A stretch of DNA of 57,733 nucleotides, from NCBI GenBank assembly GCA_042217545.1, contig JBDGSM010000017.1, forward strand, positions 4,755 through 62,487, written 5' to 3'. The notes below the pieces were generated by a model. It had not been told where the DNA came from and searched no databases. It worked only from the letters and a program-made list of their open reading frames with translations. A program made the position numbers and the translations under genes. This DNA comes from Candidatus Nanohalobium sp. (lineage in GTDB: Archaea > Nanohalarchaeota > Nanosalinia > Nanosalinales > Nanosalinaceae). Each line of letters starts with the position of its first letter. The stretch's first letter is position 1. Below, in pieces: positions 9,469-18,097 of this stretch.

Positions 9469-11103
9469 TTACTCCTTTACAGAGACCGAGACTCCTTTCT
9501 CCTTCAGGAGTTCGACCTGCTGCTTCACGAAGTCCTCCTCGTTGCTACCCTTCGTGGCGACCATGTAGACCTCTGCGTCGCCGAAAGGCCTCATGACTCT
9601 TCCAGCCCTCTGAGTTGCCTGTCTTCTGCTACCGCCCTGTCCTGACATTATGATCCCGATCTCCGCATCAGGAAGGTCAAGGCCTTCATCTCCGATCCTT
9701 GAAACTATTATTGTGGTAAGTTCGTCGTTTCTGAACATATGGAAGTAGTCCTCGCGATCCTCGAACTCTGTCTCGCCTGAGATGAATGGTACATCGTACT
9801 CCTTTGAGAGGTCTTCACCCTGGTCAAGCCAGTCACAGAAGATAATGGTCTTCCTGTCATCATGCTCGTCAAGCAGGTCTTCCAGTACCTGTTTCTTGGC
9901 CGGGTTCTTCGAGGCAACTATCGCCTTCTTGATGCCCGAGGCCTGCTCGTACTTATGCCTGTAGAAATCAGAGGCCCACTCCACCAGCTGAATATCCACT
10001 TCAGGCTTTTTCACGTATCCCTGGTTGAAGAAACGAGCCCAATCGCCTCCGATCTCCTGTCCAATCAAAGCAAAGATGTCCTTTTCCTTGGAGTCCTCTC
10101 TCACAGGCGATGCGGAAAGGCCTACACGCCGGGTCGACTGAAGTGAAGCTGTCTTCCTGAACAACTGGCTTGGAATGTGGTGTACCTCGTCGAAGATGAT
10201 CAGGCCCCACTCCTTTCTGAACAGGTTCGTTTTCTCACCTGCCATATGATATGTCGCGATCGTGACGTCGTTCATCTCCTTCTCGTCTCCGTGGTACTCT
10301 CCGATCTGATCCTCCGTAATCGTTGTCTTATCCAGCAGTTCACGTTTCCACTGCCCCACAAGATTCCTCTGAGGAACAAGAACAAGCGTAGGAGAGTCAA
10401 CCTTCGCCATAAGGCCTATACTTGTAACAGTCTTACCCGAACCCGCAGGATTTGCCAGAACTGCTGCCTTCTTGCTGTAGGCCTTCTCCACGTACTCTTC
10501 CTGGTAATCGCGGAGCTCTACATCTTCTTTCAGATCTGCTCCGATCTTTGTATCGCTTTCACGGAACTTGGAGTTGTCCTCCACCGGGTAACCTTTCTTC
10601 AGCAGGGCCTGCTTGATCTGTGCCCTAGATTTGCTTCCCATAGCGATCCTGGACTGTGTATCGGAAAGATCTACGGCCAGATTATCTCTTACATCGTCTA
10701 TGCCTCGCGCCCACTCCATCCTTTCCTTATTGGAAGCTACAAGGGCATGGTAACGGCCTTTATGTTCGATCGAGAAGATTTCCTGCTTCTCGTAAGTTCT
10801 CTCCACCCATTCGATGAACCGAGGCCTTGAACCGACTAGTTCAGTGTAGATCTCCTTCATCTCCTCAAGTGAGAGGTCGGAGTTCCAGATGTCCATCTCT
10901 TTGACCTGGAACTTGTAGTGGTCGCCCGAAGAAGTCTCCATATGCGCTATGCTGGAGATCCTGTTCAGTGTTTCATCCGCCGGATTCGTTAAGATTATCT
11001 CGCGCTGAGGCTCGAAGAAAACCACTTCTTCCTCGTTCTCCATCTCAAGAATTTTCTCTTCAAGTTCTTCGCGCGACATCTCAGAAAGTTTTTCTTCCAT
11101 CAT
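9469..11103 (-). CDS. xpb: XPB/Rad25-type SF2 DNA helicase
   Basis: Walker A ANPAGSGKT, motif II DEVHH, the XPB-typical RED motif (SPVREDSKE) and motif VI QRAGRVMR. The open frame extends to 11223. I prefer the MMEEK start at 11103, because the longer form would overlap the divergent gene at 11203 and remove its promoter space. Confidence 0.85.
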   Translation of the reverse strand: MMEEKLSEMSREELEEKILEMENEEEVVFFEPQREIILTNPADETLNRISSIAHMETSSGDHYKFQVKEMDIWNSDLSLEEMKEIYTELVGSRPRFIEWVERTYEKQEIFSIEHKGRYHALVASNKERMEWARGIDDVRDNLAVDLSDTQSRIAMGSKSRAQIKQALLKKGYPVEDNSKFRESDTKIGADLKEDVELRDYQEEYVEKAYSKKAAVLANPAGSGKTVTSIGLMAKVDSPTLVLVPQRNLVGQWKRELLDKTTITEDQIGEYHGDEKEMNDVTIATYHMAGEKTNLFRKEWGLIIFDEVHHIPSQLFRKTASLQSTRRVGLSASPVREDSKEKDIFALIGQEIGGDWARFFNQGYVKKPEVDIQLVEWASDFYRHKYEQASGIKKAIVASKNPAKKQVLEDLLDEHDDRKTIIFCDWLDQGEDLSKEYDVPFISGETEFEDREDYFHMFRNDELTTIIVSRIGDEGLDLPDAEIGIIMSGQGGSRRQATQRAGRVMRPFGDAEVYMVATKGSNEEDFVKQQVELLKEKGVSVSVKE

Positions 11104-11202
11104 GCCACTATCCTTTGAAGCGGAAACTTTAAATCTGTAAAAACTTCCAGCACGGCAGACTCCGAGGCCTCTTTTTAACCTTTCAAAACCCAAAAAATCG
11201 AC
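11104..11202. promoter_or_regulatory. Divergent promoter region (XPB operon / methyltransferase-rpoL operon)
   Basis: 99-nt spacer if XPB starts at 11103. It contains CTTTAAATCTGTAAAAAC A/T boxes. Confidence 0.35.
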
Positions 11203-11808
11203 GTGAAAACCCAGCTCCAGCAAAAGCTTTCAAAGGTCAAGGACTTCCAGAATCCAAGGATCTCCCTTGAACAGTACATCACGCCGGCAGCTCTCGCCGC
11301 GGACACAGTCTACACCGCACACATGCAGAACGACATCGAAGGCCTGACAGTCGCCGACCTCGGAACAGGCACAGGGATCCTTGCGATCGGAGCAGCGCTC
11401 GCCGGAGCGGAGAAAGTAAAGGCCTTTGATACAGATGATGAGGCCCTGAGACAGGCAAAGGAAAACGCCGAGAAGCTCGGCGTGAAAGAGTTCATCGATT
11501 TCAAGGCCTGTGATATAGAAGAAGTTGAAGAGGAGGTAGATACAGTCTTGATGAACCCTCCTTTTTCCGTTCACTCGGATGTAGGCCTCAGTTTCTGGGG
11601 AAAGGCCTGCGAGATCTCCGGGAATGTTTACGGTATCTCTCCTCGCGGCGCTCGGGAACCTATAAAAGATTTTGTCGGGAACTCCAGTCATGAAGTTTTG
11701 GGGGTAGAGGCCTTTTCGATAGGCCTGCCTCCAAGCTACGGCTTTCATACTGAGGAGAGCCGTGAAACCCCTGTAGATTTGATCATCACGGGAAAGGTGA
11801 ACCAATAA
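11203..11808 (+). CDS. SAM-dependent N6-adenine RNA methyltransferase (COG2263/METTL5-like)
   Basis: N-terminal LEQYITP, SAM motif I DLGTGTGILAIGAALAGA and catalytic NPPF. 201 aa, the typical archaeal length. Confidence 0.75.
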   Translation: MKTQLQQKLSKVKDFQNPRISLEQYITPAALAADTVYTAHMQNDIEGLTVADLGTGTGILAIGAALAGAEKVKAFDTDDEALRQAKENAEKLGVKEFIDFKACDIEEVEEEVDTVLMNPPFSVHSDVGLSFWGKACEISGNVYGISPRGAREPIKDFVGNSSHEVLGVEAFSIGLPPSYGFHTEESRETPVDLIITGKVNQ

Positions 11809-12054
11809 ATGGATCTTGACATTACAGAAAAGGACGACAGATGGATTGTAGATTTCAAACAGAACCACACTCTGGCAAATCTTGTCAGGAAAGCTGTCTG
11901 GGAGAACGGCGGAGAAGCCGGATACGATAAAGGACATCCTCTGGGTGGGGAAAGCCACCTGATCGTGAAGTCGGACAGTCCTGGAGATGACCTGGAAGAC
12001 GCTACCGAGACAGCCAGGGAATGGATGGAAGACCTGCAGGGACAGGTCAGCTGA
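11809..12054 (+). CDS. rpoL: DNA-directed RNA polymerase subunit L (Rpo11)
   Basis: 81 aa. The QNHTLANLVRKAV...GYDKGHPL...HLIVKS pattern matches the RpoL/Rpb11 family. The ATG directly follows the upstream stop. Confidence 0.8.
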   Translation: MDLDITEKDDRWIVDFKQNHTLANLVRKAVWENGGEAGYDKGHPLGGESHLIVKSDSPGDDLEDATETAREWMEDLQGQVS

Positions 12055-12106
12055 ACCCGGAATCTTTCTTTAACTCCGGTTTCGTACAGAAATCCTGTTA
12101 GGACCT

Positions 12107-12643
12107 ATGAAAGATGGGGCGCGTATCCTGGGTGTCGACGACGCATCCTTCTCCTTCGAAGATAAGGAAACTTTTCTCACAGGCGTGGTCTACCGGGGAA
12201 CCGAGTTCATAGAAGATATCAAAACTGTTTCTATAGGCGTAGACGCAGAAAATGCCACTGAAAAACTCGTTGAACTCCATGAAAAATGTAACAACACCCG
12301 TCAGATCAAAGCAGTTCTCATCGACGGCATCAGCTTCGCAGGCTTCAACATTATAGACCTGGAAAAAGCTTCAGAGAAACTTAGAAAGCCTGTCATCGCA
12401 GTGACCAAGAACAGGCCTGACCGGGAGGACTTCCGGGAAACCATGGAGCGGACCGGCAACTACGACAGAAAGTTCGAAGAGCTAAGGGATCCTGTGGAAC
12501 TGGATCTTGAGGACGGAACTGCCTACATACAGTTCTCCGGTTGTTCTGAGGAAGAGGCCTGTAAAATCGTAGAGAACTCGATCATCCACGGCCAGGTGCC
12601 TGAGGCCATCCGCGTAGCGCATATGGTAGGCCGGGCGTTTTAG
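12107..12643 (+). CDS. DUF99/UPF0215 family protein (endonuclease V-like fold)
   Basis: The N-terminus RILGVDDASFSF and the 178-aa length fit the archaeal UPF0215 family. Confidence 0.65.
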   Translation: MKDGARILGVDDASFSFEDKETFLTGVVYRGTEFIEDIKTVSIGVDAENATEKLVELHEKCNNTRQIKAVLIDGISFAGFNIIDLEKASEKLRKPVIAVTKNRPDREDFRETMERTGNYDRKFEELRDPVELDLEDGTAYIQFSGCSEEEACKIVENSIIHGQVPEAIRVAHMVGRAF

Positions 12644-12680
12644 GTTTTGATTAAAAACGATAAGGCCTCAAACTAGGTTT

Positions 12681-13430
12681 ATGGAAATCAGGGAGTTCTG
12701 GGAAAACCTTCAGGAAAGAGAGCTGTTCCGTGAGTTCTACTTCCTTGGCATCGCCTTGATACTTGCTTTCGGAACGTTACAGACCGCAGGAACAGTTCTA
12801 CATACTCAAAAGCCTGTCGTCTCCGTTGTTTCATGTTCAATGTATCCCGAGCCTGGAGAACACGGCCTTCACAAGGGCGACATCCTTCTCGTGCAGGGAA
12901 CTAACTGGAACGACATCAAGGTAGGCGATACAGTAGTCTACAAGGTTCCGGATCATATAGAGTTCAATGTAGGCGGAAAGAAGTACACGCTGGAGGCCAG
13001 CGACTCCAATCCACATCCTTCTGTCGATACAGCAGCCGGAAGAGTAGTACTGGAGAAAGTAGCCAGAGGCCCTGGAGTCAAGGACAAGGCCCTGATCTCT
13101 ATAGATGGCAGGAAAAAGGTTGTAGACGAGGGAGAGAGCTACCAGATCAACGGGAAAGAGTTCAATGTAGGCAGTATCTCGACGATGCCGATACCCGTGG
13201 TCCATAGAGTGGTGAGCAAGAGCAAGTCACACCTGGAGACCAAAGGCATCAACAATCCCGGACAGCTGGATTTCGAGCAGCATGTGAAGCCCGACCAGAT
13301 CTATGGAACGGTAGCTACAATCATTCCGCGTGTAGGCCTGATCAAGATCCTGGCCATGGATTTCCTCGGCTTCAACGGCGACAAGCCTTTCGTACTGGAC
13401 GTCTACCACCCATGCAAGCTGGAGGCCTGA
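12681..13430 (+). CDS. Signal peptidase I, archaeal/Sec11 type (S26B), with a long insertion
   Basis: N-terminal TM helix, Ser box SCSMYP, GDILLV, His box PVVHRVV and TKGINNPGQLD (a GDNN-like box). Confidence 0.75.
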   Translation: MEIREFWENLQERELFREFYFLGIALILAFGTLQTAGTVLHTQKPVVSVVSCSMYPEPGEHGLHKGDILLVQGTNWNDIKVGDTVVYKVPDHIEFNVGGKKYTLEASDSNPHPSVDTAAGRVVLEKVARGPGVKDKALISIDGRKKVVDEGESYQINGKEFNVGSISTMPIPVVHRVVSKSKSHLETKGINNPGQLDFEQHVKPDQIYGTVATIIPRVGLIKILAMDFLGFNGDKPFVLDVYHPCKLEA

Positions 13431-13450
13431 AACCCTGGTTCACCGAACCG

Positions 13451-13458
13451 ATTTAAAG
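13451..13458 (+). promoter_or_regulatory. TATA-like box of the tfs gene (leaderless spacing)
   Basis: ATTTAAAG is centred about 29 nt upstream of the ATG at 13483. Confidence 0.4.
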
Positions 13459-13482
13459 GTTTATCGGGTAATACGTGGAAAC

Positions 13483-13818
13483 ATGGAGTTCTGTGACGAC
13501 TGCGGAGGAATACTTGTCTCGGAGAAGAAGGACGGAGAAACAGTTATGCAGTGTAGAAACTGCGGTAACATCCAGGACGTGGACTCCGAAGACGTGAAAG
13601 TAACTGAAAAGAAAGAAGAAGACCCAATGGACCGTCTCAACGTCAACGAAGAAGGAGACGACGAGAGCACAAGGCCCACTACGGATAGAGAATGCAAGAA
13701 ATGCGGCGAGGAAACCACACAGGAATGGTGGCTTGAGCAGACAAGAGCATCAGATGAGCCACCTACACGGTTCTACAGATGCAAACAGTGCGGCAACGTA
13801 GAGAAAGAATACGATTAA
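13483..13818 (+). CDS. tfs: Transcription factor S (TFS / RpoM-like)
   Basis: N-terminal Zn ribbon CDDC..CRNC. C-terminal Zn ribbon CKKC...QTRASDEPPTRFYRCKQCG carrying the acidic DE loop. Confidence 0.85.
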   Translation: MEFCDDCGGILVSEKKDGETVMQCRNCGNIQDVDSEDVKVTEKKEEDPMDRLNVNEEGDDESTRPTTDRECKKCGEETTQEWWLEQTRASDEPPTRFYRCKQCGNVEKEYD

Positions 13819-14384
13819 GGCCTTTCTACCCTTATCTCCTCACTGTCAAACTCGTCGGCAAGATAGTTGATCGAGGATCTTAACTTGGATATTTCTCTCT
13901 GAACGTGCTTCTTCTGCGCGTTGAAATCAGCTTCATCCAGTTTATCCTCCTGAATATCTTCAAGTCTACCAAGCCTCTGCTCAAGGTTCAAAAGATCATC
14001 CTGGAGCTCTTGGCGTTCATTCCCCGCTTTCTCAAGCTCTTCCTCTAACTGGGATACGCGCTGCTCCAGCTTGGAGGTCTTGGAACCGACAGTGGAAAGC
14101 TTGGACATGTTCTCATTGATATCGTCGATGTTCTGCTGCTGGACGCCGAGAATCTGATCCATCACCCCCATCGCCTTATCAAGCTTATCGGAGAGATTGT
14201 TCTGAAGGTTATCCACCTGCTGCTTCAGCCTGGAATCCGTGGACTGGCTCTGCTGGACCTTTGACTCGTAGTCCTGAAGCGCATCATCCAGAGCATTAAC
14301 CCGGGACTCCAGATTTTCCAGCCGCTGCGACATGTTCTGCACCGCTTCCGAGGCCTGCTCTCCGTCCTTGCCGAGAATATCCAT
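13815..14384 (-). CDS. Coiled-coil hypothetical protein
   Basis: 189 aa with heptad-rich Q/E/L/D composition. Its stop overlaps the TFS stop in a convergent TTAA. Confidence 0.6.
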   Translation of the reverse strand: MDILGKDGEQASEAVQNMSQRLENLESRVNALDDALQDYESKVQQSQSTDSRLKQQVDNLQNNLSDKLDKAMGVMDQILGVQQQNIDDINENMSKLSTVGSKTSKLEQRVSQLEEELEKAGNERQELQDDLLNLEQRLGRLEDIQEDKLDEADFNAQKKHVQREISKLRSSINYLADEFDSEEIRVERP

Positions 14385-14476
14385 ACAAAGAACTTTACAG
14401 AAACCAGTATTTGAAACCTTCCCCCTCCGGCTCTAACCCAATCAGAGTTATAACAGTTAGAACCTCGGAAAAAGTT

Positions 14477-14812
14477 ATGCCACCAGAGCAACAGCAGAGG
14501 AGGGCGCCAGCAAGGCCTAAAAAAATCGAAGACATCGACCCGCAGAACGATATCAGAGTAAGGATAATCGGAACAGTGCTCTCAAAAGATCAGGATGCAG
14601 TAACGATCGACGACGGAACCGGCTCAGTGGAAGCTTTCCTCGATGAGGACGCCCTGGAAGATATAGAGGAAAATCAGCGCGTAAGAGTATTCGGAAGAGT
14701 TCTTCCAACACCAGACAGCTTTGAGATACAGGGAGAGATCGTTCAAAGCCTTGAAGGCCTTGATCCGGAGCTCTACGACAGAGTTAAAAAAGTTGTTAGC
14801 ACATCTGAGTAA
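14477..14812 (+). CDS. OB-fold nucleic-acid-binding protein (RPA-like small subunit)
   Basis: VRIIGTVLSKDQDAVTIDDGTGSVEAFL...VRVFGRV is an OB-fold (tRNA_anti-codon/RPA) pattern. I prefer the ATG at 14477 over the TTG at 14411. It lies immediately upstream of PCNA. Confidence 0.6.
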   Translation: MPPEQQQRRAPARPKKIEDIDPQNDIRVRIIGTVLSKDQDAVTIDDGTGSVEAFLDEDALEDIEENQRVRVFGRVLPTPDSFEIQGEIVQSLEGLDPELYDRVKKVVSTSE

Positions 14813-14830
14813 CATAAGAGGTAATTTGAA

Positions 14831-15583
14831 ATGTTCAAAGCTGAACTCGAGGACGTAGGACTTCTAAAGGACTCAATGAAAACCATCTCAGACCTGATAA
14901 GTGAAGGCCTCTTCCAGCTACAGGAAGACGGAATAAAGCTTGTCGCTGCGGACCCTGCGATGGTAGGCCTTGTCGACTACATGCTTGAGGAAGACGTTTT
15001 CGAAAGCTACGACCTTGACGAGGAGACAAAGGTAGGCCTCAACCTGGAGAACCTTTACTCGATCCTCAGAAGAGCAAACAGCGACGATACTATCACGCTT
15101 GAACTGAAGGAGGACGACTCCAAGTTCCACATTAAAATGGAGAACTCCTCGACCAGGAACTTCTCCCTTCCAATTTTGAACCTTTCCGAGGACGACATCC
15201 CAAGTACTGACCAGCTTGACTTCACTTTCGAAGCAGAGCTGGATACCAACGTCCTTGAAGGTGCCATCAAGGATGCGATGGTCGTATCCGACGCGGTAAC
15301 GATCTCTGCTGACGGCGAAAGCCTGGAGATCGCGGCCGACGGAGACCAGTCCAACGTCAACTTCAAGATCACGGATGGTTCAGAAGGAGTCCTGGAGATG
15401 GACGGTTCCGACGCAAAATCCATGTTCTCACTGGACTACCTATCCAAGATGATCGGAGCAAAGAAGCTCAACGACACAGTAACAGTCAAGCTCGGCGAAG
15501 ACTTCCCGATGAGACTTGAATTCGTCAGGCCTGACGAAGTAGACCTGAGCTTCGTACTCGCGCCTCGTATCGAGGAAGAATAA
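14831..15583 (+). CDS. pcn: DNA polymerase sliding clamp PCNA
   Basis: 250 aa with a typical archaeal PCNA N-terminus (MFKAELEDVGLLKDSMKTISDLISEG). A GAGGT Shine-Dalgarno at 14818-14822 lies 8 nt upstream. Confidence 0.9.
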   Translation: MFKAELEDVGLLKDSMKTISDLISEGLFQLQEDGIKLVAADPAMVGLVDYMLEEDVFESYDLDEETKVGLNLENLYSILRRANSDDTITLELKEDDSKFHIKMENSSTRNFSLPILNLSEDDIPSTDQLDFTFEAELDTNVLEGAIKDAMVVSDAVTISADGESLEIAADGDQSNVNFKITDGSEGVLEMDGSDAKSMFSLDYLSKMIGAKKLNDTVTVKLGEDFPMRLEFVRPDEVDLSFVLAPRIEEE

Positions 15584-15636
15584 CCTTCCCACATATCATT
15601 CTTTATATTTCTCTTTCTATCAGAGAGTGGTCGAAG

Positions 15637-16032
15637 ATGAAGCTAGACGAAGACTATACGCTGCAGGAACTGGAGAACGGCGTCGAAGACCTGAAAAATC
15701 CTCTGAGCTCTGCGGTGAAAAATCCTGAGGTTTACAGAGACGCGACAGAGGCCTTTTCAGGTAAGATCGGCTCCTATACTTCAGGCGACCTGTACCGGAT
15801 GCTTGAAGATCCCGAGGCCTCCCAGCAGCAACTTGGCTTTTTCTCCTCGGCTATGCAGGAGTTAGGCCTTGTATTTGACAGCGATGGGTCGCTGCTTGAC
15901 CGTGAGTACGGGCGCCGCAGAACGTCTGGAGAAATTACCGGGATGAGGAGCTCTGGGAAGGCCTTAGAGAAGATCTTGAACTTCTGTATAGTGAAGAAGT
16001 TGTCCCTGTTCGGCAGAGTTAAAGATTTTTAG
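15637..16032 (+). CDS. Hypothetical protein
   Basis: 131-aa ORF. An A/T box (CTTTATATTT, 15601-15610) lies about 30 nt upstream. No family recognised. Confidence 0.5.
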   Translation: MKLDEDYTLQELENGVEDLKNPLSSAVKNPEVYRDATEAFSGKIGSYTSGDLYRMLEDPEASQQQLGFFSSAMQELGLVFDSDGSLLDREYGRRRTSGEITGMRSSGKALEKILNFCIVKKLSLFGRVKDF

Positions 16033-16048
16033 CCGTAATTTTGTGTTC

Positions 16049-16774
16049 ATGGAGGTAAGTTTCGAGGGCGAGGCCTATCCTTCTGAAGACGAACGGATAG
16101 AATTTGGCTACGAGCCTAACCGGGTCTATATCCTGAGCGGCAGCGAAAAAGTACAGGATAAACAGCATTTCAGAGGTTTCTCCACGGAAGAGATACTTGA
16201 AGAACTTGATGAGGCCTTTCTAGGGTTCGAGTACGTCAACGGCGACATGCTGGTGGACGAAGATGAGAATCCTTCGGGAGGGCCTGGAGACGTCCCGCTT
16301 TACCAGAGAGAAGCTGTTCCCGCGGAGCTGAGGCCTGGAGACGAGTGGGAGGAAGCGCTCCGCGAGATCGAAAGTATGAACAGTTCTGTTGCAGATTCCT
16401 CTTTCTCGGTAGTTTTCTACAACGATAACAGAGTCCATGACGTGGATCGACTGGGAGATGAGATCCAGAACACCTCTGTCAGCGCGTTCCCAGATATCAG
16501 AGGCCTCCAGCTCGTGGCTTACTGGCCCCAGACAAAGCAGGCGAACCTGATCCAGTACAGCGACGAAGTTCACGTACCGGAAGAACCTCTCGGAGACGAG
16601 AGAGGAGCACTCATAGATCACGAAGGAGACTTCAGGACAGTGGAGTATCCGAGAGACGAGGAAGGCATAAGAAGACTTTTACAGCAACACGAAGACTGGA
16701 ACATCACGAAGAACACGCTCGGAAGCCACGAGCTTCCGCCCGAGATCTTCATGGAGGAGTTCCAGCAGGAATAA
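16049..16774 (+). CDS. Acidic hypothetical protein
   Basis: ORF with halophile-type acidic composition. An ATG is at 16049 and an in-frame GTG at 16043. No family recognised. Confidence 0.55.
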   Translation: MEVSFEGEAYPSEDERIEFGYEPNRVYILSGSEKVQDKQHFRGFSTEEILEELDEAFLGFEYVNGDMLVDEDENPSGGPGDVPLYQREAVPAELRPGDEWEEALREIESMNSSVADSSFSVVFYNDNRVHDVDRLGDEIQNTSVSAFPDIRGLQLVAYWPQTKQANLIQYSDEVHVPEEPLGDERGALIDHEGDFRTVEYPRDEEGIRRLLQQHEDWNITKNTLGSHELPPEIFMEEFQQE

Positions 16775-16780
16775 AGGCCT

Positions 16781-17575
16781 TCACCCTGTCTCGGCGGCCA
16801 CGTACCCGACAGTGTCCTCGAAAGGAGATATCTCTGTACTTGCGAACTCCTGGGCTTTCTCGGCAGCCTCAGCCATGACTTCACTGTTCCAGGGGATCTC
16901 GAACGCGTACGGAAGGCCAAAATCCGTCTCAAGAGAGGCCTCGCTTCCGTTGATACCTTTCAGCTTCTCCAGGATTTCCTCGTCTCTGTGTACGTTGCTG
17001 TCCATGGCGTCCATGAACTCCACCTGGTAGTCTTTCAGGCTTCCATCCCTGAAGTAGTCGAAGACAAGGCCTTCGCTCGCCACGCGGTCCATCTCCTCCA
17101 GCATCTCCTCATCGTCCACCAGGTGGTAGACGCGTGGCGCGACAATGTACTCCACGGCGTCGTCCTCGAAAGGAAGCTCCGTTCCGTCTCCGAGAACCTG
17201 TTGATCGCTTCTATCCAGTTCCGAGGCCAGTTCCTGGGCCTCACGGCTGACGTCGACCGAGACTGTCTCGTAGCCCTGTCTGGAGAGCCGTTCGGAGAAC
17301 CTGCTCGTGCCTCCGCCCAGCTCCATCACAGTGTCTCCGGGAGAAGCGCCGAGGCCTTCCAGCGCCTCTTCATAGTTCGAGGCCTGTCTCTCGAAGACGT
17401 TCATGCCTCCTCTGCTTCCGTAACGGATGAGGTCGTAAAGCTCGACGTCCTCCTGGTACGGATCGATGCTGTCGTCCCTGAAGTATGCTACCCTGCCCCA
17501 GAATCCGGGGTCGAGTCCTTCTCCTTTCTGTATCCTTTCCAGCCTCTCACGGCCTTTCTCCATGGGGTCGAGCAT
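16781..17575 (-). CDS. Class I SAM-dependent methyltransferase
   Basis: Motif I VMELGGGTSRF, then an acidic residue after beta-2 (TVSVDVS), then LPFEDDAVEYIV (Methyltransf_11-like). Confidence 0.75.
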   Translation of the reverse strand: MLDPMEKGRERLERIQKGEGLDPGFWGRVAYFRDDSIDPYQEDVELYDLIRYGSRGGMNVFERQASNYEEALEGLGASPGDTVMELGGGTSRFSERLSRQGYETVSVDVSREAQELASELDRSDQQVLGDGTELPFEDDAVEYIVAPRVYHLVDDEEMLEEMDRVASEGLVFDYFRDGSLKDYQVEFMDAMDSNVHRDEEILEKLKGINGSEASLETDFGLPYAFEIPWNSEVMAEAAEKAQEFASTEISPFEDTVGYVAAETG

Positions 17576-17647
17576 ACCCCGATGTTGCTTTCAAATCTTA
17601 AAAGAAGAATCCGTGGATTTAACCCTCTCCAGCACCAAAAATGGTCC

Positions 17648-18037
17648 ATGGCGAAGGAAGAACCTGATGAGGAAGAACTGAAGGAAAGGCTGAGCGAGGA
17701 GGAATACAGAATCTTGAGGGAGGCGGACACGGAGAGGCCTGGAACCGGCGAATATCTGAAGAAGGACGATGAAGGCGTCTACCGGTGCAAGGCCTGTGGT
17801 CAGAAGCTGTTTGACTCAGACACGAAGTTCGAGTCCGATCAATGGCCCAGTTTCTATGACGCGATTGAAGGAAGCGTCGAGTTCAAGGAGGATCGGAAAC
17901 TTGTTACGAAGAGGACCGAGGTGGTCTGCTCGAACTGTGGCTCACATCTCGGCCATGTCTTCGACGACGGACCGGAGCCGACAGGGAAGCGCTTCTGCAT
18001 AAATTCGAAGGCCTTAGACTTTGAAGACCGGGAATAA
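17648..18037 (+). CDS. msrB: Peptide-methionine (R)-S-oxide reductase MsrB
   Basis: Zn-site CxxC pairs (CKACG, CSNCG), HLGHVFDDGP and the catalytic RFCINS. Only the last 130 codons of the 16988-18037 ORF are used; the rest is antisense to the methyltransferase gene. Confidence 0.9.
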   Translation: MAKEEPDEEELKERLSEEEYRILREADTERPGTGEYLKKDDEGVYRCKACGQKLFDSDTKFESDQWPSFYDAIEGSVEFKEDRKLVTKRTEVVCSNCGSHLGHVFDDGPEPTGKRFCINSKALDFEDRE

Positions 18038-18097
18038 ACATCTGGAAACGGGAAGACTTTCGGACGGTTTTTTACAGTTTGCCGAGAAAAATTCAGT

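Noticed and set aside
11230-11958. 242-aa minus-strand ORFs antisense to the methyltransferase/rpoL genes (11230-11958) and to the primase gene (18785-19513); also the 217-aa plus-strand ORF 10177-10830 antisense to XPB
   Set aside because: The opposite-strand genes carry unambiguous family motifs. These ORFs have non-halophilic, basic and hydrophobic composition and no motifs.
13815-13818. Convergent overlap of the tfs and coiled-coil gene stops (TTAA), and similar 4-nt overlaps elsewhere
   Set aside because: This is a normal consequence of genome compaction. I see no evidence of regulatory significance.
16988-17647. 5' extension of the MsrB ORF (the 349-aa ORF 16988-18037)
   Set aside because: Only the last 130 codons match MsrB. 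The extension is antisense to a well-supported methyltransferase gene (16781-17575) and has no recognisable features.
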